Shown here: piece by piece, positions 34,909-42,518 of the stretch
Layout: each line of letters starts with the position of its first letter
Position numbering within the stretch: the stretch's first letter is position 1
Made by a program: the position numbers and the translations under genes
The notes under the pieces: model-generated
What the model was told of the DNA's origin: nothing
The model's input: only the letters and a program-made list of their open reading frames with translations
The model's database searches: none
Assembly: GCA_964590675.1 (NCBI GenBank)
Contig: CAZPWZ010000001.1
Span: 1,024 to 65,023 of the forward strand
Reading direction: 5' to 3'
Length of the DNA stretch: 64,000 bases
Source of the DNA: an uncultured Draconibacterium sp.
Lineage (GTDB): Bacteria; Bacteroidota; Bacteroidia; Bacteroidales; FEN-979

Positions 34909-37358
34909 TTCTCGATAAAAAACTGGAAGGAAAGTATATATAATAGTAACAAAATTGCAGAAAAATAGACAAGATACTTTCCTTTGATTTTAAAATATGT
35001 CTTTTGATTTTTTTTAAGATAGATTGTTTTATCCAAATTATAGAAACCAATGGCCGAAAATCCACTCAGTAACACAATCGTAATGAGCAGTAGGACACTA
35101 TCTTTATAGAATCCAATCCATTGAATAGAATCCAATGCAGGCAATTCTTTAAAAAACCTATTATTCAATAAGTTAAAAAGAAATGTCGGAACAACGATTA
35201 AAGCCGCAAGAATAGAAAGTCGACGTGTGCTTTTATTGATTTGCTCCGTTTTCTTTAAGTTGATGTAGTTGAAAAATTCCCTGATCTCCTTTTTTATTTC
35301 TTTTGCATGCCTTTCAATTCTCAAACTCTTTTGCAACATATCATACAGTTCAATACCTTGTTCCTGTGCTGAAATTTCATGGTGATAAATCCTGTTAATA
35401 TATTGTACATATCCTTTGTATAATTTGTCAACTGTTGTAAATTTCTCAATCAGATTATTTGAATCAAACTCATCACCGAATGTAGCAATATCAGATGAAA
35501 ATCTTAAAATTGAGGCCCGTTGCAACAATGTCAACATAACCATTTTTTCATACAATGTCCTAAAATGAGTAAGTAACACATTCCTTGAAAATGAATTATC
35601 CGCTGTTAGCACCATGAAAGAATAACGAGTAACACCGAACAGGGTACCGTATTTTTGCCATCTTGGATATGTATGTTGTTTCAATAATTTTTCCTGCATT
35701 CTTCTATTCTGACACGTACTATCTCCAGAGTCAATAAAAATGAACTCATGCCATGCGTCACTTCTCAAATATTTTTCATATTCCTGGGGACTTTTGCTGA
35801 TTTCCGCGTGACCGTCATTAATCGCCCAGCACATAGTGAACATCCGGTCATCAATCACGGGTTGAGGGTAAAGGTTCTCCCTAAAGTCAAACAAAAGATT
35901 TTTAATGAATCGGGCCGGTTGCCAGAACTTTGATACTCCAAATTCTGAAAAATCTTCCCTGTATCTTACAGGATCTCCATCAAGACCGGTAATTTTTATT
36001 TCGTCCGCTATTTCATTAAAGTTTTTTGGCTGCTCAACTCCCGATATCTTGTCAATAAACGGAGGAAAAATTCTGCGTCCAAAATGATTGATCTTTTTAA
36101 TATCGCTGAAATGTGAATATTGTGTATTGATCAAATGAAAACTTAAAATACCCGTACCTGTGGAAAAAAAGTCAAGAGATAATTTTTCGATTGATAGCGT
36201 GAACGGTTGATCAATACCTCTGACTTTAATTTCATAGCATAATTGTCTATCATGAGTTTCCGTTCTTTCATAATGTTTGATTCCCCATATTAATTTCGGC
36301 GTATTATAGATCAGGGGATGAATAAATTCATAAAAATAATTTCGTTCATTATACTGCTCAACTGCTTTATCCTTTTTGCCGGAAGAAGATGCCTGAACCC
36401 ATACATCTTCTTTATTTGAACCGCTTTGCTTATCCTTTTTCGAGTCTATATTCTCCCATGTCAATTTGTTGGTAAAGTTCTTTTCTTTTGGATTTTCAGG
36501 TTTTTCCCAACGAAATGGAAACATGAATATATGATAACTCTTTGCTTCCAATGCTTTTATATAATCAATTATTTCAGAATTAATCCACGATGCCTCTTCT
36601 TTAGCACACTTAACTGCATCCAACCCGAAGTAGCCAGGATTTGCTCCCCCCGTATATGCTTTATTTTCCTTAATCTGAGATTGGTACTTTTCACCTAATT
36701 CTGTGCTTTTTTTTCCGTAATATGTAAAACTCTGCTGATGCCTGATAAACAATTCATCAAATGGATAAAGCTTGTCGGTAATCGTTGAAAATCGTGGTGT
36801 AAGTGATTCGACAACTGTTACTTTGCCTATTTTAAAGGAGTGTGATTGTATGGATTCATCTGCCAACCGTTCATCTTCTTTAGTGACACCCTGTGCCTTC
36901 TTATCTTCATACCTGACTTTTTTTATCTCTTCTTCAGTCGCCCCCATGGCTTCGAGTGCAGGTATATAACCCTTGTCATTTGCTGCAGCCAAAAGCTGAT
37001 CCCGGTTAAGCGAAAATCCGAGCAGTTCTGCAACTTGTTCTATAGATGAATGTAAATCTTTTTTATCGTTATGGTGATCTATCTCGCGATAGTGCTTTGG
37101 AAGGGGGCAATCCTGTTTAAGTTCAATGCCAACAAACACATTTTCATCATTAAAAACAGATGCATAACTACTCAATGGGGCATTGTCCCATTGCAAATCA
37201 TTATCCTCAACCTTGCTACCCTTGAGCATCTTCTTGATTTCCTCCATTTCAAGATCATGCCCGCCAAGCAGGAATATCATTTTATTGGAATCCTTATGTT
37301 CTTTCATAATAATATATTTGTCCCTTGGATAGTTGCTATGCTGATTGAATTCTTTCAA
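34905..37358 (-). CDS. corA: DHH-family phosphoesterase (NrN-like) fused to a CRISPR-associated CorA-like membrane protein
   Basis: N-terminus: LLGGHDLEME, REIDHHNDK (DHH at nt 37071-37079) and YTGGANPGYFG. C-terminus (nt about 34908-35225): RRLSILAALIVVPTFLFNLLNNRFFKELP aligns with the CorA TM1-GMN-loop region, but GMN reads LNN. Two further hydrophobic helices follow. The ORF-track start is TTG at 37358; the first ATG is at 37307. Confidence 0.6.
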   Translation of the reverse strand: MKEFNQHSNYPRDKYIIMKEHKDSNKMIFLLGGHDLEMEEIKKMLKGSKVEDNDLQWDNAPLSSYASVFNDENVFVGIELKQDCPLPKHYREIDHHNDKKDLHSSIEQVAELLGFSLNRDQLLAAANDKGYIPALEAMGATEEEIKKVRYEDKKAQGVTKEDERLADESIQSHSFKIGKVTVVESLTPRFSTITDKLYPFDELFIRHQQSFTYYGKKSTELGEKYQSQIKENKAYTGGANPGYFGLDAVKCAKEEASWINSEIIDYIKALEAKSYHIFMFPFRWEKPENPKEKNFTNKLTWENIDSKKDKQSGSNKEDVWVQASSSGKKDKAVEQYNERNYFYEFIHPLIYNTPKLIWGIKHYERTETHDRQLCYEIKVRGIDQPFTLSIEKLSLDFFSTGTGILSFHLINTQYSHFSDIKKINHFGRRIFPPFIDKISGVEQPKNFNEIADEIKITGLDGDPVRYREDFSEFGVSKFWQPARFIKNLLFDFRENLYPQPVIDDRMFTMCWAINDGHAEISKSPQEYEKYLRSDAWHEFIFIDSGDSTCQNRRMQEKLLKQHTYPRWQKYGTLFGVTRYSFMVLTADNSFSRNVLLTHFRTLYEKMVMLTLLQRASILRFSSDIATFGDEFDSNNLIEKFTTVDKLYKGYVQYINRIYHHEISAQEQGIELYDMLQKSLRIERHAKEIKKEIREFFNYINLKKTEQINKSTRRLSILAALIVVPTFLFNLLNNRFFKELPALDSIQWIGFYKDSVLLLITIVLLSGFSAIGFYNLDKTIYLKKNQKTYFKIKGKYLVYFSAILLLLYILSFQFFIEK

Positions 37359-38290
37359 ACATAAGTTAACTTATTATTATCAAGCTTACTTTCTTCATCA
37401 AATGTGTAAGCGATTAGTTTACCCCCTTCAGCCACACTATAATCTAAACAACAAACATTATTTTTGTATACAGAGGGTTCTCCTTTCAGACAATAATGAC
37501 CAAAAAAAACATTTTTATCATTGGGAGAATAATAATCAGTGGCTTCAAATTCAGCACTATTAACAGGTTCTTTGGATAAATCTATAACGGGTTCAGCACT
37601 TCTTGAGTTTTGAGTCCTTTCAAATGGACTTTCCCACCATTTAATTCGAATTTCATTTCTTTCCGTCCCATCTATATCCCTAAAGAATAGTCCGTCTGGC
37701 ATCTTCATTTCTTTCCCTTTCAATGCTTGATTAATCGCTTCATTTAAAGTTGTTCCGACTTTGGCCGATTGAGCAATAAGGAAGTCAGGCAGTCTGTCGT
37801 CTATTAAAGTTCTTCTAAGATATTGAATGTTATTGTTGTCCCAACAGGCGTGAACAGCTCTGAACTTCTTAGTTTCATAAAATAGAGGTAATGTTTTAAA
37901 CCAATCTACATATTTTTCGTATTCTTCTTGTCTGTTCTGAAATTGTTTGAGTGTTTCATAATGTTGAATGATATTTTTAATTAAATGCTTTCTAAGATGT
38001 CCTCCCTCAGTATCTTGCATATGGAAACAAAGTGCATTGTATTCATGATTTCCCATTAAAGCAATTGCATTTTCACTGTCAACCATTGCTTTCACTATTT
38101 CAAGAGTTTTTCTTATCTGAGGACCCTTGTCGATGTAGTCACCAACAAATAAAACTGTTCTTTCCGGATGGGCATAAGTTCCCCCTTTTTTCGCATATCC
38201 TAACTTCAGGAGCAACTCTTCAAGTTTGTTTGCGTATCCGTGTATATCTCCGATAAGGTCTATCATGTTTTGTTGGTCATCTATAAACAC
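37355..38290 (-). CDS. Calcineurin-like metallophosphoesterase (PrpE/ApaH-like), first gene of the cas operon
   Basis: IGDIHGYANKLEELLLKLGY, VLFVGDYIDKGP and LMGNHEYN are motifs I-III of PPP/ApaH-type phosphoesterases. The stop overlaps the corA-like start (TTGA). The ORF-track start is GTG at 38290; ATG 38266 (MIDLIGDIHG) is more likely. Confidence 0.75.
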   Translation of the reverse strand: MFIDDQQNMIDLIGDIHGYANKLEELLLKLGYAKKGGTYAHPERTVLFVGDYIDKGPQIRKTLEIVKAMVDSENAIALMGNHEYNALCFHMQDTEGGHLRKHLIKNIIQHYETLKQFQNRQEEYEKYVDWFKTLPLFYETKKFRAVHACWDNNNIQYLRRTLIDDRLPDFLIAQSAKVGTTLNEAINQALKGKEMKMPDGLFFRDIDGTERNEIRIKWWESPFERTQNSRSAEPVIDLSKEPVNSAEFEATDYYSPNDKNVFFGHYCLKGEPSVYKNNVCCLDYSVAEGGKLIAYTFDEESKLDNNKLTYV

Positions 38291-38670
38291 CTGCCGTATC
38301 GCTTCTTTCCAGAGAAATTAAAAACTTTGCAATTGTCTTAATTGCATCTACGTTCATCACAATTTTCGTTGTGTTTGGCACTCTTATCTGGATAGTCTGT
38401 CCTAACTGACCCCTGTTCTAAACTCTAAGTTGACCCCCAAAAGTTAATTGACCATTTTTAACATTTACCGTGTGTTTAGAATGCCTTAAGCAAAGTTAAA
38501 CTTTATTACATTGTTATTAATGATAATCAAGTGCTAATATAGTTAAAACTGCGCCAGATTGTAAAAATCAGTCCCCTTGACCATGTTTCGTCGATTTTGT
38601 TGAACCACAACCGATTAACATCAATTTACTATTATGGTCAATTTTCTACGGCTAAAAGTATTCGATGTAT

Positions 38671-38798
38671 TGGACAGGCCGATTATTTTGATCATCTCTG
38701 GCCGGTGCTGATCAACCACCCAAAAGGCATTGATCGTTAACAGGATGGCATGGTCAATAATATCCGGCAGAGAGCGGTCAGATGCAGCGATTTATCCA
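38671..38798 (+). repeat. Dispersed intergenic TIR repeat, copy D
   Basis: TGGACAGGCCGATTATTTTGATCATCTCTGGCC...CACCCAAAAGGCATTGATCGTTAACAGGATGGCATGGTCAATAATATCCGGCAGAGAGCGGTCAGATG...TTTATCCA. A further degenerate unit seems to lie at about 38575-38670. Confidence 0.7.
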
Positions 38799-38842
38799 GG
38801 TAGGTCTTATCTGCTTGTATTTTTTTTACATTTACATTACAT

Positions 38843-39919
38843 ATGTTCTGTGCTTGTCATTTAACAGGCAGACAAATGGGAATGCACACAAGAATAAATG
38901 AGAAAATATTGGGTATGAAGGCATTCAAACAACAATTCATATTGCTCATTTTCATTGCAGGAATGGTCATCGTTCCTGCGTTACACGCACAAAATCTTAA
39001 AATATACCAGATTGATGTTGAACAAGCCGACGCTACGCTGATTATTGCCCCCAACGGGAAAACTCTGCTCATCGATTCTGGTAAGAACCCGCATGGAAAC
39101 AAGATCGAAGCGATTTTAAAACAGGAAAATATCAAACAAATTGATGTTTTTGTTTGTACTCATTATGATGAAGATCACCTGGGGGGCATTGACGAGATAG
39201 CAAAGGGTGGGACGTTTAAGATTGTTGAAGTATTTGATCGGGGAGAAAAAGATCAATATATAAAACTTAAAACGCCTTCAAAATCCTTTAACAGTTATGA
39301 ACATCATGTTGGATTTAAAGCCCAGCAGTTAGATCCCGGAGAAAGTATTGATCTTGATAGTATGGTAAAGATAACCTGCGTTGCTTCCAATGAGCGTGTC
39401 ACGAGGAATTCTTCAGTTGGCAATGGCATAGATGAAAATGATAAAAGTATAGCCTTGCTGCTCCAATTTGGCAATTTCGAATATTTTACCGGAGGCGACA
39501 TCGCTTATAGTACCGAGAGAAAGATTGCAGAAAAAGACCTGGTGACGGATGTGGATGTTTGCAAGGCCGATCATCATGGTTCACACCTGAGTTCGGATTG
39601 TGATTTTATGGAGGAGTTAAATCCGACTGTTATCATCATCTCCAATGGTTCACATAACGGGTTTCAACATCCCCGGAAAGTTACTTTGCAGTGTTACAAA
39701 AAACTCTCCGCTCACCCAACAGTATTTCAAACCAACAAATATATTGCAGGAGGAAACAAAGCAGGAAATGTTCCCGACCAATTTATTGCCGATCCCGAAT
39801 CGACCGATGAGGATGGAACGATCCTGGTTGATGTGAATCTGGCTCAAAATTGTTATGAAGTCAAATATCGGACTGTAAAACTGAAGTACTTTATAAAAAA
39901 CCGGATACAGAAGGATTGA
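38843..39919 (+). CDS. Secreted metallo-beta-lactamase-fold hydrolase (ComEC/Rec2-related MBL domain); probable start ATG 38915
   Basis: The signal peptide MKAFKQQFILLIFIAGMVIVPALHAQ begins at codon 25. CTHYDEDHLGG (HxHxDH-like) and KADHHGS motifs are present. Confidence 0.7.
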   Translation: MFCACHLTGRQMGMHTRINEKILGMKAFKQQFILLIFIAGMVIVPALHAQNLKIYQIDVEQADATLIIAPNGKTLLIDSGKNPHGNKIEAILKQENIKQIDVFVCTHYDEDHLGGIDEIAKGGTFKIVEVFDRGEKDQYIKLKTPSKSFNSYEHHVGFKAQQLDPGESIDLDSMVKITCVASNERVTRNSSVGNGIDENDKSIALLLQFGNFEYFTGGDIAYSTERKIAEKDLVTDVDVCKADHHGSHLSSDCDFMEELNPTVIIISNGSHNGFQHPRKVTLQCYKKLSAHPTVFQTNKYIAGGNKAGNVPDQFIADPESTDEDGTILVDVNLAQNCYEVKYRTVKLKYFIKNRIQKD

Positions 39920-39953
39920 AATGCAGTTCCACGGAAAGGATGAAACATCCTGT

Positions 39954-40260
39954 TTACTGTTTGATGAAGGTTACTTTGTTCAGATTAACAGTGTAGCTCT
40001 GTTTGACTGCCCAGGTTGTTCCGCCGTTCAGGGTTTTCAGGATCGTTCCGTGCGGCGGCCATCCTGCCAGGGTTCCGACAGCCAACGCAAGCTGGCTGTT
40101 CCTCCATCGGTACTGACCATGTAGCAGTACTTTGTGCCATAGATAACAATCGTGTTTCCGGAAGCAGTAACGCCAATCCACTCGTGCTTGTTAAAATCGC
40201 CGGAATTGCTGACACCTGGTCGTTACAAAAGTTTTTCCACAGGCGAAGGCATTGAATTCC
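39954..40260 (-). pseudogene. Frameshifted C-terminal remnant of a BNR/Ycf48-like repeat protein
   Basis: Two adjacent minus-strand frames read ...GVTASGNTIVIYGTKYCYMVSTDGGTAS... and ...GTILKTLNGGTTWAVKQSYTVNLNKVTFIKQ*. These are BNR-type SxDxGxTW-like motifs split by a frameshift. No N-terminal part is present. Confidence 0.4.
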
Positions 40261-40427
40261 AGGATTAATTTGTTGCATGCGGCTTATTTACCTGGGAAAT
40301 GTGTGAATGATGTAACTTATTCCCGGATTTGTGTAATGCTTTCCGGGTTGAATGGACTCACCTTTGTGCCGTGTAACTCCATTCACAACTTAATTTCAAA
40401 AAATGATTACCACGGAAGTGAACGGAA

Positions 40428-41141
40428 GTGAGACAGATTTTTATTGGATTGATTCATTTACAGGCAATAGCAATGAAGACCCCGATTACAACCGAACAGT
40501 TTTTCTCAGTTTTTGAAAAGTATAATCATGCGATTTTTCCGGTCCAGATCATACTCTTTCTTTTGTGCATCCTGGCTTTTATCGCAATCGGAACAAAGAT
40601 CAGGCATAAGGATACATTCGTGACCGTTATCCTTGGCGTTCTGTGGTTATGGATGGGCATTGGTTATCACTTTGCATTCCTTTCCGGAATCAGCAATGTT
40701 GCCTACGGATTTGGATTGCTGTTTATCCTGCAGGGCCTGTTTTTATTATGGGAAGGCGCTTTATTGTACAACCTGAAATTTGAATTGAAAAATTCAATTC
40801 AGTCGTACTTCGGATATTTTTTCATCCTTTACGGATTGATAATCTATCCTGTGGCTGGTTACCTCACTGAACCGGATTTATCACGGACTCTCTCTATCGG
40901 ATTACCAGGCCCCACCCTTATCCTGACATTTGGTTTCCTGCTTTTGTGTGATAAAAAGTTTTCAAAGTACCTGTTGATCATTCCATCACTTTGGGCGGCA
41001 ATCGGATTTATTGCAGCAATAAAACTGGGCATTTACCAGGACTCTGTGATGTTAATCGCTGCGATTATTGCGGATGTCATGATCCTGAGAAGTAAAAAAC
41101 CGATTGATGAAAAGGAAGAACTTCTGTCGGAAAGAATATAA
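40428..41141 (+). CDS. Integral membrane protein of unknown function (probable start ATG 40473)
   Basis: Six or so hydrophobic helices. MKTPITTEQFFSVFEKYNHAIFPVQIILF recalls the DUF6064 family, from memory only. Confidence 0.55.
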   Translation: MRQIFIGLIHLQAIAMKTPITTEQFFSVFEKYNHAIFPVQIILFLLCILAFIAIGTKIRHKDTFVTVILGVLWLWMGIGYHFAFLSGISNVAYGFGLLFILQGLFLLWEGALLYNLKFELKNSIQSYFGYFFILYGLIIYPVAGYLTEPDLSRTLSIGLPGPTLILTFGFLLLCDKKFSKYLLIIPSLWAAIGFIAAIKLGIYQDSVMLIAAIIADVMILRSKKPIDEKEELLSERI

Positions 41142-41263
41142 GACACCCCAATCGGGATAGTGTGTGAATGATGCATCTTGTTTTAAAAATTGTAAAATGG
41201 TTTGCTGAATAAAGGATTGCACCTTTATGCAGTATTCATAAAAATAAAGAAAGGAGAATTATT

Positions 41264-41569
41264 ATGCCGGAATTTGGATCACCATTTTCAGGATTAGCGA
41301 ATAAAAAGAAGCTCACGGACGAAGAACTTGTCAGAGCAATTCGTTTTATGGTTGCCGCAGAGTACGAAGCGATACAGTTATATGTGCAGCTTGCCGAGTC
41401 GACCGACAACAAACTTGCCGTTGAAGTGCTCAGGGACATTGCAGACGAAGAACGGGTGCACGCCGGAGAGTTTCTTAGATTGCTCTATGAGCTTTCGCCC
41501 GACGAAAAAAAGTTCTATTCCAAAGGGGAAAAAGAAGTTGAAGCAGAAATTAAGAAAATGAAAGGTTAA
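41264..41569 (+). CDS. Encapsulated-ferritin-like (EncFtn/rubrerythrin-like) small ferritin-fold protein
   Basis: 101 aa. LTDEELVRAIRFMVAAEYEAIQLYVQLAE...LRDIADEERVHAGEFLRLL provides the E, ExxH di-iron ligand pattern of EncFtn-type proteins. Preceded by an unusual strong AAAGGAG Shine-Dalgarno. Confidence 0.65.
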   Translation: MPEFGSPFSGLANKKKLTDEELVRAIRFMVAAEYEAIQLYVQLAESTDNKLAVEVLRDIADEERVHAGEFLRLLYELSPDEKKFYSKGEKEVEAEIKKMKG

Positions 41570-41575
41570 ATTGCC

Positions 41576-41794
41576 ATGAAAAACGCCCGGCCTGTAACGA
41601 CAGCTGATGTAATTGACAACAGGTTGAAAATATCAAATCATCAAGGCACCGTGCCCAAATCAAAACTCGCAACTGGTTCAGTGGTGGGTTTATTCCCGGT
41701 AATACTTGATGGCGGCAGAACTATAATATATATTTCTGATCTGCGTAAGGAAGCAGAGACACGAAAAAAATATGAATTGCGAAAGGTCAACTGA
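41576..41794 (+). CDS. Hypothetical small protein (72 aa)
   Basis: The ORF starts 7 nt after the EncFtn-like stop on the same strand. No recognisable motif. Confidence 0.35.
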   Translation: MKNARPVTTADVIDNRLKISNHQGTVPKSKLATGSVVGLFPVILDGGRTIIYISDLRKEAETRKKYELRKVN

Positions 41795-41952
41795 TCAGGG
41801 ACCGGGTAGCTTTTTGCCATAAATTTGAGAACCAGGGGTTCGGGGATTTGATCGTGGATGAATTCTGGAGAGATTATGTGAAAAGGATGGGGTGAAATAT
41901 TCACACCATTTTTTTTTGGTTTAAAACCAACTTTTTTGTCATAACTTCGTAT

Positions 41953-42354
41953 TTGACAAAAACTATTCCCATGAAAAATTTGAACTTCAGCTTTTTAACA
42001 AACAAATTGTTTCTGTCCGGACTGATTACAGGGATTGTAATCTCTGCTTTTGCTTTCACCCTGATCATGATGCCAAAGTTCACGGCTCAGGACAAAGAGA
42101 AAATCAAAGGTACCATGGCCGAAACCACCTATGTGCCCGCGGTAGGCGAAATAGGCACAATACAGAGTGCCGGCACTCAATGCAATAATGATTACAGTGA
42201 TGTTATTTTTAACAATGACCCCAACCATACTGTGATCCGGTGTCATTCAGCTCCGGCCACACCTGGTATGGAAGTGCGGGTTATAACAGTTAACGGCGGG
42301 CAATTCTGTTCCGGGGGTGGCATTATTGTGTCCGTGATCCCTGTTAGTTATTGA
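41953..42354 (+). CDS. Hypothetical small membrane-anchored/secreted protein (probable start ATG 41971)
   Basis: An N-terminal hydrophobic helix LFLSGLITGIVISAFAFTLIMM follows MKNLNFSFLTNK. Confidence 0.4.
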   Translation: MTKTIPMKNLNFSFLTNKLFLSGLITGIVISAFAFTLIMMPKFTAQDKEKIKGTMAETTYVPAVGEIGTIQSAGTQCNNDYSDVIFNNDPNHTVIRCHSAPATPGMEVRVITVNGGQFCSGGGIIVSVIPVSY

Positions 42355-42518
42355 GTTCCGGAAATCCAGGCATAGTGGTCATCTTCGCTGAGTCTTTCCA
42401 AAGGTAAGGAGACATTGGTTTATGTGTATATGGACAGTAACATGAGATATGTAAAGTAACGTAGACTTGCACCAGAGAATTGGGAAATTGTCGATCATAT
42501 GCATCTTAAAAAGCAATC

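Noticed and set aside
34905-37358. Reading the 817-aa protein as a housekeeping CorA Mg2+/Co2+ transporter.
   Set aside because: The GMN signature is replaced (LNN), the protein carries an N-terminal DHH domain, and it is translationally coupled inside a cas operon. A CRISPR-associated effector role is more consistent.
24640-38290. Alternative subtype assignments (III-A/Csm or III-D) for the effector genes.
   Set aside because: The gene order cmr1-like, cas10, cmr3-like, cmr4-like, cmr6-like and the Cmr4/Cmr6-type N-terminal motifs fit III-B best. Without profile searches this remains a by-eye call.
16554-38842. Integrase, transposase, tRNA or direct-repeat att sites defining the defence island.
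   Set aside because: None were recognised on either strand. The island boundaries are therefore only compositional and are not reported as a mobile element.
41264-42354. Encapsulin nanocompartment operon (EncFtn cargo plus shell).
   Set aside because: The downstream ORFs are 72 and 133 aa with no HK97-fold-sized (~270 aa) shell gene, so only an orphan EncFtn-like gene is supported.
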